Assembly (NCBI GenBank): GCA_032718475.1 | Contig: JAUCBJ010007486.1 | Coordinates: 62,001 to 126,000 of the forward strand | DNA: 64,000 nt | Reading direction: 5' to 3' | Origin: Nemertoderma westbladi | Taxonomy: Eukaryota; Animalia; Xenacoelomorpha | In this document: positions 23,583-36,044 of the stretch, piece by piece | How the letters are laid out: each line of letters starts with the position of its first letter | How positions within the stretch are numbered: the first letter of the stretch is position 1 | The notes under the pieces: generated by a model | What the model was told of the DNA's origin: nothing | Seen by the model: only the letters and a program-made list of their open reading frames with translations | Database searches by the model: none | Position numbers and translations under genes: made by a program

Positions 23583-26500
23583 TGCTATGAGAGCGCATTG
23601 ACAGTGCTGTGAGAGCGCGTTGACAGTGTTGTGAGAGCGCGTTGACAGTACTGTGAGAGCGCGTTGACAGTGTTGTGAGAGCGCGTTGACAGTGCTGTGA
23701 GAGCGCGTTGACAGTGTTGTGAGAGCGCGTTGACAGTACTGTGAAAGCGCGTTGACAGTGTTGTGAGAGCGCGTTGACAGTGTTGTGAGAGCGTGTTGAC
23801 AGTACTGTGAGAGCGCGATGACAGTACTGTGAGAGCGCGTTGACAGTACTGTGAGAGCGCATTGTCAGTGTTGTGAGAGCGCATTGACAGTGTTGTGAGA
23901 GCGCATTGACAGTGTTGTGAGAGCGCATTGACAGTACTGTGAGAGCACGTTGACAGTACTGTGAGAGCGCGTTGACAGTGTTGTGAGAGCGCGTTGACAG
24001 TGTTGTGAGAGCGCGTTGACAGTACTGTGAGAGCGTGTTGACAGTACTGTGAGAGCGCGTTGACAGTGTTGTGAGAGTGCATTGACAGTGTTGTGAGAGC
24101 ACATTGACAGTGTTGTGAGAGCGCATTGACAGTGTTGTGAGAGCGCGTTGACAGTACTGTGAGAGCACGTTGACAGTACTGTGAGAGCGCATTGACAGTG
24201 TTGTGAGAGCGCGTTGACAGTACTGTGAGAGCACGTTGACAGTACTGTGAGAGCGCGTTGACAGTACTGTGAGAGCGCATTGTCAGTGTTGTGAGAGCGC
24301 ATTGACAGTGTTGTGAGAGCGCATTGACAGTGTTGTGAGAGCGCGTTGACAGTACTGTGAGAGCACGTTGACAGTACTGTGAGAGCGCGTTGACAGTGTT
24401 GTGAGAGCGCGTTGACAGTGTTGTGAGAGCGCGTTGACAGTACTGTGAGAGCGCGTTGACAGTGTTGTGAGAGCGCATTGACAGTGTTGTGAGAGCGCGT
24501 TGACAGTGTTGTGAGAGCACGTTGACAGTACTGTGAAAGCGCGTTGACAGTGTTGTGAGAGCGCGTTGACAGTGTTGTGAGAGTGCGTTGACAGTGTTGT
24601 GAGAGCGCGTTGACAGTACTGTGAGAACGCGTTGACAGTGCTATGAGAGTGCGTTGACAGTACTGTGAAAGCGCGTTGACAGTGTTGTGAGAGCGCGTTG
24701 ACAGTGTTGTGAGAGCGCGTTGACAGTACTGTGAGAGCGCGTTGACAGTGCTGTGAGAGGGCGTTGACAGTGTTGTGAGAGCGCGTTGACAGTACTGTGA
24801 AAGCGCGTTGACAGTGTTGTGAGAGCGCATTGATAGTACTGTGAGAGCTCGTTGACAGTGCTGTGAGAGCGCGTTGACAGTGTTGTGAGAGCGCGTTGAC
24901 AGTACTGTGAAAGCGCATTGACAGTGTTGTGAGAGCGCGTTGACAGTGTTGTGAGAGCGCGTTGACAGTGTTGTGAGAGCGCATTGACAGTACTGTGAGA
25001 GCGCGTTGACAGTGCTGTGAGAGCGCGTTGACAGTGTTGTGAGAGCGTGTTGATAGTGCTGTGAGAGCGCATTGACAGTGTTGTGAGAGCGCGTTGACAG
25101 TGTTGTGAGAGCGCGTTGACAGTACTGTGAGAGCGTGTTGACAGTACTGTGAGAGCGCGTTGACAGTGTTGTGAGAGTGCATTGACAGTGTTGTGAGAGC
25201 ACATTGACAGTGTTGTGAGAGCGCATTGACAGTGTTGTGAGAGCGCGTTGACAGTACTGTGAGAGCACGTTGACAGTACTGTGAGAGCGCGTTGACAGTA
25301 CTGTGAGAGCGCGTTGACAGTGTTGTGAGAGCGCGTTGACAGTACTGTGAGAGCACGTTGACAGTACTGTGAGAGCGCATTGTCAGTGTTGTGAGAGCGC
25401 ATTGACAGTGTTGTGAGAGCGCATTGACAGTGTTGTGAGAGCGCGTTGACAGTACTGCGAGAGCACGTTGACAGTACTGTGAGAGCGCGTTGACAGTGTT
25501 GTGAGAGCGCGTTGACAGTGTTGTGAGAGCGCGTTGACAGTACTGTGAGAGCGCGTTGACAGTACTGTGAGAGCGCGTTGACAAGTGTTGTGAGAGTGCA
25601 TTGACAGTGTTGTGAGAGCGCGTTGACAGTACTGTGAAAGCGCGTTGACAGTGTTGTGAGAGCGCGTTGGCAGTGTTGTGAGAGCGCGTTGACAGTACTG
25701 TGAGAGCGCGTTGACAGTGCTGTGAGAGCGCGTTGACAGTGTTGTGAGAGCGCGTTGACAGTACTGTGAAAGCGCGTTGACAGTGTTGTGAGAGCGCATT
25801 GACAGTGTTGTGAGAGCGCGTTGACAGTGTTGTGAGAGCACGTTGACAGTACTGTGAAAGCGCGTTGACAGTGTTGTGAGAGCGCGTTGACAGTGTTGTG
25901 AGAGTGCGTTGACAGTGTTGTGAGAGCGCGTTGACAGTACTGTGAGAACGCGTTGACAGTGCTATGAGAGTGCGTTTATGACAGTACTGTGAAAGCGCGT
26001 TGACAGTGTTGTGAGAGCGCGTTGACAGTGTTGTGAGAGCGCGTTGACAGTACTGTGAGAGCGCGTTGACAGTGCTGTGAGAGGGCGTTGACAGTGTTGT
26101 GAGAGCGCGTTGACAGTACTGTGAAAGCGCGTTGACAGTGTTGTGAGAGCGCATTGATAGTACTGTGAGAGCGCGTTGACAGTGCTGTGAGAGCGCGTTG
26201 ACAGTGTTGTGAGAGCGCGTTGACAGTACTGTGAAAGCGCATTGACAGTGTTGTGAGAGCGCGTTGACAGTGTTGTGAGAGCGCGTTGACAGTGTTGTGA
26301 GAGCGCATTGACAGTACTGTGAGAGCGCGTTGACAGTGCTGTGAGAGCGCGTTGACAGTGTTGTGAGAGCGTGTTGATAGTGCTGTGAGAGCGCATTGAC
26401 AGTGTTGTGAGAGCGCGTTGAAAGTGTTGTGAGAGCGCGTTGACAGTGCTGTGTGAGTGCGTTGACAGTGCTGTGAGAGCACGTTGACAGTGTTGTGAGA

Positions 26501-28170
26501 GCGCGTTGACAGTGTTGTGAGAGCGCGTTGACATTACTGTGAGAGCACGTTGACAGTGTTGTGAGAGCGTGTTGACAGTACTGTGAAAGCGCGTTGACAG
26601 TGTTGTGAGAGCGCGTTGACAGTGTTGTGAGAGCGCGTTGACAGTACTGTGAGAGCGCGTTGACAGTACTGTGAGAGTGCGTTGACAGTGTTGTGAGAGC
26701 GCGTTGACAGTGTTGTGAGAGCGCGTTGACAGTACTGTGAGAGCGCGTTGACAGTGTTGTGAGAGCACGTTGACAGTGCTGTGTGAGTGCGTTGACTGTG
26801 CTGTGAGAGCGTGTTGACAGTGTTGTGAGAGCGCGTTGACAGTACTGTGAGAGCGCGTTGACAGTACTGTGAGAGCGCGTTGACAGTACTGTGAGAGCGC
26901 GTTGACAGTGCTGTGTGAGTGCATTGATAGTGCTGTGAGAGTGCGTTGATAGTGCTGTGAGAGCGCGTTGACAGTGTTGTGAGAGCGCGTTGACAGTGTT
27001 GTGAGAGCCCGTTGACAGTGCTGCGTGAGTGCGTTGACAGTGCTGTGTGAGTGCGTTGATAGTGCTGTGAGAGTGCGTTGATAGTGCTGTGAGAGCGTGT
27101 TGATAGTGCTGTGTGAGTGCGTTGACAGTGTTGTGAGAGCGCGTTGATAGTGCTGTGTGAGTGCGTTGACAGTGTTGTGAGAGCGCGTTGACAGTGCTGT
27201 GTGAGTGCGTTGACAGTGCTGTGTGAGTGCGTTGACAGTGCTGTGTGAGTGCGTTGATAGTGCTGTGAGAGCGTGTTGATAGTGCTGTGAGAGAGCGTTG
27301 ACAGTGCGTTGAGAGCGCGTTGACAGTGCTGTGAGAGCGCGTTGACAGTGCTGTGTGAGTGCGTTGATAGTGCTGTGTGAGTGTGGTGATAGTGCTGTGA
27401 GAGTGCGTTGATAGTGCTGTGAGAGCGTGTTGATAGTGCTGTGTGAGTGCGTTGACAGTGTTGTGAGAGCGCGTTGATAGTGCTGTGTGAGTGTGTTAAT
27501 AGTGCTGTGAGAGCGCGTTGACAGTGCTGTGAGAGCGTGTTGATAGTGCGTTGAGAGCGCGTTGACAGTGCTGTGAGAGCGCGTTGATAGTGCTGTGAGA
27601 GCGTGTTGATAGTGCTGTGAGAGAGCGTTGACAGTGCGTTGAGAGCGCGTTGACAGTGCTGTGAGAGCGCGTTGACAGTGCTGTGTGAGTGCGTTGATAG
27701 TGCTGTGTGAGTGTGGTGATAGTGCTGTGAGAGCGTTGACAGTGCGTTGAGAGCGCGTTGACAGTACTGTGAGAGCGCATTGATAGTGCTGTGAGAGCGT
27801 GTTGATAGTGCTGTGAGAGAGCGTTGACAGTGCGTTGAGAGCGCGTTGACAGTGCTGTGAGAGCGCGTTGACAGTGCTGTGTGAGTGCGTTCATAGTGCT
27901 GTGTGAGTGTGGTGATAGTGCTGTGAGAGCGTTGACAGTGCTTTGAGAGCGCGTTGACAGTGCTGTGAGAGCGCGTTGACAGTGCTGTGAGAGCGCGTTG
28001 ACAGTGCTGTGTGAGTGCGTTGACAGTGTTGTGTGAGTGCATTGATAGTGCTGTGTGAGTGTGGTGATAGTGCTGTGAGAGCGCGTTGACAGTGCTGTGA
28101 GAGCGCGTTGACAGTGCTGTGAGAGCGCTTTGACAGTGCTGTGAGAGTGTGGTGACAGCACTGTGAAATC
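23583..28170. repeat. 22-bp tandem satellite, ~205 units
   Basis: Unit TGTGAGAGCGCGTTGACAGT(AC/GT/GC); block duplications at 1100-bp and ~1320-bp offsets; distal end more diverged. Confidence 0.97.
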
Positions 28171-28609
28171 GCAATGACACAACCTTTTCAGAAAAAAATT
28201 ACATTTTTGATTGTTATGTAGAAATTTGTATTAAGGACGATGCCCCCTGGGCTAGCGTCCTGAGCCTTTATAAATAAATTAGAATAGTTTCACAGAATGT
28301 GATGAGTAGTTTACTCGTCCTGAATCTATCAGATATTATATTGGAGAATTCGAGAGACCCTGAACCTTTTGTGGCATAATGTAGAACTGAACTATTTGAT
28401 ATATGATGAAATAACTATATGATTGTTTTGACAGTCCCTAAAACACCAGTAAATCTATTATTGCGGTTCCAATAAGCCTAATATCCATGCAATAAGATTA
28501 ACATAAATTGGTCATCAACATTATTTATTAGTATGTTACCGGTTATGACACAATATTTTTTTTCTTCAGTTACTTATAATTATTGACATGTTAATACAAA
28601 TTGGTTTGG

Positions 28610-30290
28610 GGTAACCAGTAAATTTTATTTATTCAGAAATAACTATATATATTATTTATCAAAAGTATTTTATTGGTAAATTACTGGGTATTATTTTTCA
28701 GAAACATATTTAAATGTAACCAATTTATCTTCACTTGACTAGGTATCATATATCAGCAACTTATAGTTATCGAGAAACCAATATACATTATTTATCAGTT
28801 AGTTCGTTGGGAAATGACTATATATTATTTGTCAGTTAGTTATATTTAGTTAGAAATTACTATATATATATATATATTTATGTTATTTATAAGTAAGTTA
28901 TATTTATTTTAAAATGACCATATATTATTTATCAGTTTGTTATATTTATTGAAAATTGCCACATATTATTTATCAGTAAGCTATATTTATTAAGTAATAA
29001 TATTTATCAGTGTGTTATATTAATCGAGAAATAATTATTATTTATCAGTTAGTTATATATATTTAAAAATGGCCAGATATTATTTATTCAGAAATGACTT
29101 TAATTATTTATCAGATAGTAATATTTATTTAGAAATGATTATATATTATATATTTCAGTTAGATATATTTATTTTAAAATGGTCATATATAATTTATCAG
29201 CAAGTTATATATATTGAGAAATGACTATATATTATGTAACAGTTAGTTTTATTGATTTAAAATGGTCATATATTATTTATCAGTAAATTAAATTTATTGA
29301 GAAATTCAATGACTATATATATTATTTAACATTGAGTTATATTTATCGAAAAATGGCCATGTGTTATTTATCAGTAAGTTATATTTATCAGTGTGTTAAA
29401 TTAATCGAGAAATAATTATTATTTATCAGTTAGTTATATATATTTAAAAATGGCCATATATTATTTATTCAGATCTGACACTATATCATTTTATCAGATA
29501 GTTATATTTATTTAGAAATAAATATATCAATTTTTCAATCAATTCAATAAATTATATATCAATTATATTTAAAATGGTCATATATTATTTATCAGTTAGT
29601 TACATTTATTTAGAAGTGACTATATATTATTGTTCAGTACATTATATTTATTGAGAAATTTAATGACTAGATATTATTTAACAGTTAGTTACATTGATTT
29701 AAAATGGTCATATATTATTTATCATTAAGTATATTATTTGAAGTGACTGTATATTGTTTAGGTATATTTATTGTAGAAATGCCTAGTTATTATTTATCAG
29801 TTAGTTATATTTATTGAAAATGGGCCTATATTATTTATCGGTAAGTTATATTTATTGAAATAAGACAATTGTGTTATTTGACAAGTAGTTATATATATTT
29901 AGAAATATATATTAGTAAGAGAAATTTGAGAAATTCAATAACCATAATATTATAATTTATCAGTTGTATTTGTTCAAAGATCGTTATTATATTATTTAAT
30001 AATGAGTTATATTCATTCGGAAATAACAACATGTTATTTATCAATAAATAATATTGATTGAGAAATGACCCTATATTATTTAACAGTGAGTTATATTTAA
30101 CAAGAAATCATTAGATATTATTTAATAGTTAGTTACATACATTCAGAAATGACTAGATATTATTTATCAGCCACCAACTTATTATATTTGTCGAGAAATT
30201 ACTAGATATTGTATAGGTATCAGTAAATTATGTTTTATTTAGATATAACTATATATAAAAATAAATAATAATAATATTATATTTATTAAA
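28610..30290. repeat. Degenerate AT-rich ~43-bp tandem repeat
   Basis: Recurrent ATATATTATTTATCAGTTAGTTATATTTATTGAGAAATGACT-like units with many substitutions and indels. Confidence 0.75.
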
Positions 30291-30932
30291 ATAAAAGGCA
30301 GCAGTGACTTGCGACGTCAGCTCTGTAGCAGCCAAACACTCTTTGTTATCTCTTATTCAAATATTTTTATCCAAATAATTTTTTCACTTACCAACCCGAT
30401 TATCTTCAATTATCTTCTGTGAGTAGGTTCGGTTGGGTCTACGTACAGTAGTTCGGAATCCTTCAACGATTCTTGTGCACTTCGCCGATAATAATATCTA
30501 CCTCCTCATCTTAGTCAATCTCACTCTACTCTCCACCTGGGGCCCTGGTGTCGGTAAATCCAGTAGAGGGTTTGGTATCCAGTGGAGTGGGAGTGGATAC
30601 CAGTGGAGTATCAATAAAAAATGGTTTTGTTGTTACGTTAACGTTATAAATTAGATTCAATATATCAAAACTATCTAAAGTACGTTGAGACTAGCGTAAA
30701 TACTTCACCAATAACCAATAAGTCAATAAATACACCGAGAGGAAGTAAGTAAGTAAGTGAGGTGATATTTGATGTAGAGTATCAATATACAAGAATGAAA
30801 CTACAAAATAACCGTTGCTTTCTATTTAACAAATTTTATGTTTACCTTTATTTACTTTACTTTCTCGACTGAATACAATATAATCTCCTTGAATCTCCTT
30901 GAATGGCTTACTAACAATCTTACAATAAAAAA

Positions 30933-31000
30933 CATGGGGGATTGAACTCGGTACCTAGAGATTCCAAGTCACACGCTCTGCCAACTGAGCCACTGGGGAC
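30933..31000 (-). mobile_element. tRNA-derived SINE head / pseudo-tRNA
   Basis: Minus strand GTCCCCAGTGGCTCAGTTGGCAGAGCG...CCGAGTTCAATCCCCC: Pol III A box and B box; acceptor and T stems do not pair properly. Confidence 0.6.
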
Positions 31001-31181
31001 GTATCAATCCTTAACCAAAACCTAGCGAGAAATTAACACGAACAACAACAACGGAGTGAATACAAGAGGTCTCGTTACGCGGATCTAAAAATTATTATTA
31101 TTAATCTGATTTATAAAATTATTGTTAACATACAAGTAAAGAAATCACTGTGTTAATCCTCTTTACATATAAGCATATACT

Positions 31182-32414
31182 TCACGTTTTGTGTACATGT
31201 GGTTTAGGAAGTTTATTTGACTTTAACACATCGATTTGAATGTCATTCAACCGCATGTAGAGAGCTTCAGGTTCTTCCATAAACATATGATACAATTGCT
31301 CACCCATGGCCTCTCTCACCGCGGAATCCACCAATGGGAAAGTCCGCGCGATATGCTCCAAAGTCATACTCGCCTGCCGCTGACTGTCTGCGTGACGCAC
31401 ATTGGCCATAGCGACCATGAGTCCATGACAGCAACCCAGTTGAACTAAGGTCTCGGTGAGGTCACCCTCGTCCAATTGGGCCAATATCCCTATTGTCTTA
31501 CAGGCGGTGGCTTGTTGGACATGGTAGGGCAGTGGGGTTGATAGAATCTCTTTTTTGTCTTCATCATGAAAAATCATAGGTCTGTTTGTTTTATCTTCCT
31601 TTGGAGGAACCAATAACCCTACTAATCCCCCAAGCAACGGCATTTTAACCTCCACGTAATCCATAAGCAGTTTGATAAGTTCTATAGCCTCGAATTGAAC
31701 CTCTAAGTGCAATGTTCTGAGCAGATTGAGCACTGGTTCCACCAGGTTTGGGTGGGCGTGCTTCACAATGGGTTGTACGATGCGGAGCGTCTGAGCGGAC
31801 AACTGTTGGGCACGGTAGGAGTTGCTAGGTAACAATGCGATGAGACCTTTATAGACTTGTATCTCGTACTTAGGGTTTCCCTGCGCTAACTCCTGAAGCA
31901 GTTGGCGGCAGTGTTGCTGAGTATTCAAAGTTTCCACTCGAGCAAGACACTCGGCAACAGCGCGGATACCGTAACTCTCGCATATCAATTCTTTGTACTT
32001 CCGTCCAGCCTGCGCTACAGTCAGCAACAACTTCAACGCTTCGGTTTTATCCGCGTCTTTGATTTGTTTCAACCCGAGAATCTCCAGTGACGTCATCACC
32101 CCTCCGACCTCCAGGAACTCGGCGAGGAAGCGGTGTCCGCTCGCTGCGTTCAGATAGATCCCGATCGCTTTGAGCTGCGGCCCCAGACAGGTGCCCACCA
32201 TGTAGGTGAGTCGCAACCACGCAGTGAGTCTCGCTAGGAATAGACTGGCCGCTTGAGCCATCTCCACCTCGAGTTCAGGGCCAGTTTTACCAGCGTTGAC
32301 TCTGATGAAATCGGATAGGATTTGCGCTCTCACACTGGTACCGGCTCCCCTGTCCCATTCGGCTAACATGTCCATAACTTGAGTTATTGCCGTTTTAGCC
32401 TTACCTGACGCCAT
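31182..32414 (-). CDS. ARMH1: Armadillo-like helical domain-containing protein 1 (C1orf228 homologue), 410 aa, single coding exon
   Basis: Recognised from memory of the vertebrate protein: EWD, N.GKT.PELE.E..Q.ASLFL.RLT..LR.TY, EFLEVGGV.T.LEILGL, GR.YKELICESYG.R..AE.LA. Uninterrupted ORF from the ATG at 32414. Confidence 0.9.
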   Translation of the reverse strand: MASGKAKTAITQVMDMLAEWDRGAGTSVRAQILSDFIRVNAGKTGPELEVEMAQAASLFLARLTAWLRLTYMVGTCLGPQLKAIGIYLNAASGHRFLAEFLEVGGVMTSLEILGLKQIKDADKTEALKLLLTVAQAGRKYKELICESYGIRAVAECLARVETLNTQQHCRQLLQELAQGNPKYEIQVYKGLIALLPSNSYRAQQLSAQTLRIVQPIVKHAHPNLVEPVLNLLRTLHLEVQFEAIELIKLLMDYVEVKMPLLGGLVGLLVPPKEDKTNRPMIFHDEDKKEILSTPLPYHVQQATACKTIGILAQLDEGDLTETLVQLGCCHGLMVAMANVRHADSQRQASMTLEHIARTFPLVDSAVREAMGEQLYHMFMEEPEALYMRLNDIQIDVLKSNKLPKPHVHKT

Positions 32415-32538
32415 GTCAAAGAAATCAGTCCAAAGAAATAGACAGCGTAAGGTAACTAAATATAAGATCTCTATAAATTTCACTAATTTCACTAAACATA
32501 ATAATTACAATTATATACAATCCCAAGATTTATATTTT

Positions 32539-32551
32539 GTTGCTTAGCAAC
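32539..32551. promoter_or_regulatory. RFX X-box upstream of ARMH1
   Basis: GTTGCTTAGCAAC, a palindromic X-box ~125 bp upstream of the start codon. Confidence 0.65.
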
Positions 32552-34030
32552 GAGTTATAAACACTTGCCTGGTTGGATATGAACAATAATCACTAATGTG
32601 AATATTTGATACACTTTCTTGGCATAGTAAGTATAGTACTGGAATCTGGCTCAGTGATTGGATTTCACTCACTGTAATGTTTAGGCCTATGCAAGCTAAC
32701 AAAAAAATTCAATGTCAGTTTGTGAATCACAATTTACAAATACAGTATAAATCAATAATGAGGAAAAATAAAGAAAAGATAGATGTTATATTATTAATAA
32801 CTGACACCGAGTGAAATAATTCATTTGGATTCATATATAAACGATAAATATTACTTTACTTTTATTAGAATCGCAACACAGCAGTTTGATTTTTGAGATA
32901 GGTAAGTAACCTCCATAAAAAAGGAAAATATTAAGAACAATATCAAATTAATTAATTATTAATTTAAAAAAATATAATATATTTAAACCCCCCACCCCTT
33001 TGTCATGGTTGTCACAGTTAATACTCGGTAACTTGGTACCGGTAACTTTTCATAAAGCAAGTTCGGAATCAAATTTATTCAAATTTTCGAAATGTCCAGA
33101 ATCGATATTTTGATTCCGGGCGGAACCGGAACCGGAATTCAACATGCCGGAATTTTCTATAATTAGTAAAATACACTAAATGACCAATGGAACTTTAATA
33201 ATTTTTTTGTGAAATAAGTGATTTTTTTTATTTCTAAAGCCAAGGCTACCAATGAGATCAATCAGCACCTCCGGGGGAGTTTTGGTGGGTGGAGTGGAGA
33301 GTGGTCTGGCCCGTTATGGCCTATTATGGGGACGGGATGGTACTTTGGCCTTAAACGACAAGGAATTCAATATAATTTTTCTCTAAAATCGAAACATTGG
33401 CCAAAAGTTAGGTTTTTAGCCTTTAGACTCATACCTAAAAACCTACGTTAACCAAAAACCTATGGTTTCGCGTCATTAGGTCCTTTGGACGCTTTGGTGC
33501 AATATCCTGGTGTCTTTAAGGGAAAGGAGCAGGTTACCGTGAGATGTTATTCAAACCAAAACAATAAACGAGGCCAATAGTACATGTTACAGTTTAATTA
33601 TTGCTGGGAATAAATAGATTTACATACAGATTTACTATTTAGATAGCTTTGCTGTAAATAGAATTAAAACTACTATTATGCAGCACCTACAACGCAGAAC
33701 TGAACTAACGACCACTCGTGGACCTGTGCGTAGTGTAATCACATTTTATAAAGTTTTAGGTTAGAATAGTGTATTTGTGTAATATTGTACAGTATTTGTA
33801 ACTAAGTAGCATAAAGGACCCGTTTGGAAATAAGCAGCAAAGCTTTAGGGGTAATCCTACATTCCTACATGTTACGTTTGACAATACCGATAATCATTAA
33901 ATTATCATATTCGAATTTGTTTAAATTAATTAATACCATAACAACAAACATAAACAATAACAATACACATAAAAAATTAAGGGAATCTTCTGAGTAGGCC
34001 AGGCTATTAGCAACTATATAAACCGCCGTA

Positions 34031-34044
34031 GTTACTATAGCAAC
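34031..34044. promoter_or_regulatory. Second RFX X-box-like motif
   Basis: GTTACTATAGCAAC matches GTTNCYATRGNAAC; ~1.6 kb upstream of ARMH1. Confidence 0.4.
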
Positions 34045-36044
34045 TTATATGTACTGATGGCGTATGTTTATGAGGGGTTGCCTGGCATTCCCGCACCGTC
34101 TTCCAACCCAAGTCCACTTATCCACTTTGTCCTCGATCCCCTGAGACAGTGGAAAGCCCCGCGGATGACTGCCAGGTGGATCCGGGTTCTAACCCACCCC
34201 ATCACGACGCTGTAGGGCCTGGCCCACCTCTGGTGAAGTTTTGAGGCAAACGTACTGAATATTTATATTATTAAATATTAAATATTTTTATTATTTAATT
34301 AATAATATTTGTAATATTATCATAATATTTAATAATTCAATCAAAGTAAAATAATGTAAAATCAATGCAAAAAAATTTAAAATCAATGTAAAATAATGTA
34401 AAATCAATGTTAAATAATGTAAAATCAATGTTAAATAATGTAAAATAATGTTCCATCTTCTGATATACAACTCACGAGTTATATACGGCCAGAGGCCTGT
34501 GATTGGTTAGTTTGGGTATAAATAGTAGTTGTAAAAGCCTTTGCTGAATTGCCCCGTTATTTTTATTATCTTTTACATTAAAATACTCTGTAGTTGATTT
34601 AATAAGTGTAAGAGACCGTATTATTGCTGTATCGGTGTTTTTAGAGGATCTAAGACCTATTTCCTCCGTATGTGTACTGTGAAAGGCATATTTTGTGATT
34701 CTATGGCAATTCGTGACGCAAAGGGGTGATAGCTACTCTTGAACAGTAGTTACTATGACTACGGTTAACAGCTGACATTCATACGTGTTGATTTCCTTTG
34801 TTCTACGGCGTCTCTCAGTTCAGTCAGCCAATGAGAGCGTTTTTGTGGCTCCTTGTACAGAAAATTTCCGAGAAATGACGCAATGCCTATGTGCAGTGTT
34901 TACATTCAGTCTTGAGCCAAAGAAAGAACGGCTTGGAAGTATTTTGTGCTGTACTGCTTTTTAGTCGTACACTAGTAGGTTTAATTATAAAGGGCATATA
35001 TCCTTTAACTGATGACTGCTGACTGATCATACATGCTGACTGCTGAAACATTGCAAACTCATAACAATCAGTGTTTTCATTGTTGTTTTATACTGCTATT
35101 TACCGTCAGTTCTTCATAATATGGTTGATGAATAATTATATTTGGAATAACGATAAACAACCCCTAAACCCAATATTCTTGATATACTGAAGGTAAGAGA
35201 GAAGGGTTACAAATAAACGATTGTGACTTATGTTAAAGTGGTTTGAAGTGAATCTAATGTTATTTGATAGACCCTACATGATTCAGTCTGTGTTCCTTTT
35301 ATATGTGACTAAAATCAGTGAAGATTGGCAGATTAGTGTGCAGTATTGTGCAGCATTGTGTATGAGTGAGTCTGTTAAAGAAGCAATTCCTAAAGAATGC
35401 GCCATATATGTGAATTATAATTAAGCCATATCGTTGTGAGTAGTTTAAGTCATAACTCTGTTTATATAGATAAAGCGCCACGTCCTAAAGGAACTGTTAA
35501 TATTACCGAAGGTGAATAATATTGTCAGAGATTATATAATACTGTCAGTCGAATAATACATTAGGCTTACATAGCAATAAAAATTAAACCGTCGAACCCA
35601 ATCTCCCGGGAATATCCAGCGGGTGAATGGTCGCGCACGGATTGGTTTCGACTAGTGTAGTGAATCAAATACTTGTCATAGACTAAAAAGCGATTTATTA
35701 TCTAGAAGACATTCTAATTTGGCGGGTTAAACTGCCAAAGGTCTGAAAGCGCGAACATTAAAGGATATCGCTTCTTTATTGCAGTAAGCAATAAAGTCGA
35801 AAGTATCGGTCGACCGGTAACCAGTAGGCCTGACTGCCTGATCATCCGGACCGGTACCTACTTCCGTATAAGTACAGCAGTATTATTCGATTTGATTATA
35901 TATGCCGGTAGGTCTTAATAATTAATCGGGGACGCCTGGTTTTTATTGGGATTTTACTTAGGCCTATTTCTGTCAGTTTTATTTGTTTGTAGGCCAGTAT
36001 TGAACAGAAGGCGTGTAAACCTGATCAGATTGTACAGACAATTT

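Noticed and set aside
23563-28182. Minus-strand repeat ORFs in the 22-bp array; CRISPR-like or RSS-like interpretation
   Set aside because: The same peptide appears in all three frames, as expected of a 22-bp unit; there are no unique spacers or cas genes; CACAGT-like words lack nonamers.
30933-31000. Functional tRNA gene
   Set aside because: A and B boxes are present but the acceptor and T stems do not pair; treated as SINE-derived.
32415-32492. 26-aa N-terminal extension of ARMH1 in the ORF track
   Set aside because: Starts at GTG; homology begins at the ATG at 32414.
33810-34240. Possible LINE 3' stem-loop and a GC-rich remnant (similar hairpin near 28233-28260)
   Set aside because: Too short and degenerate to assign without a repeat library.
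35029-35050. Hammerhead ribozyme (CTGATGA...GAAA)
   Set aside because: Stem II cannot form and the motif is absent from copy B.
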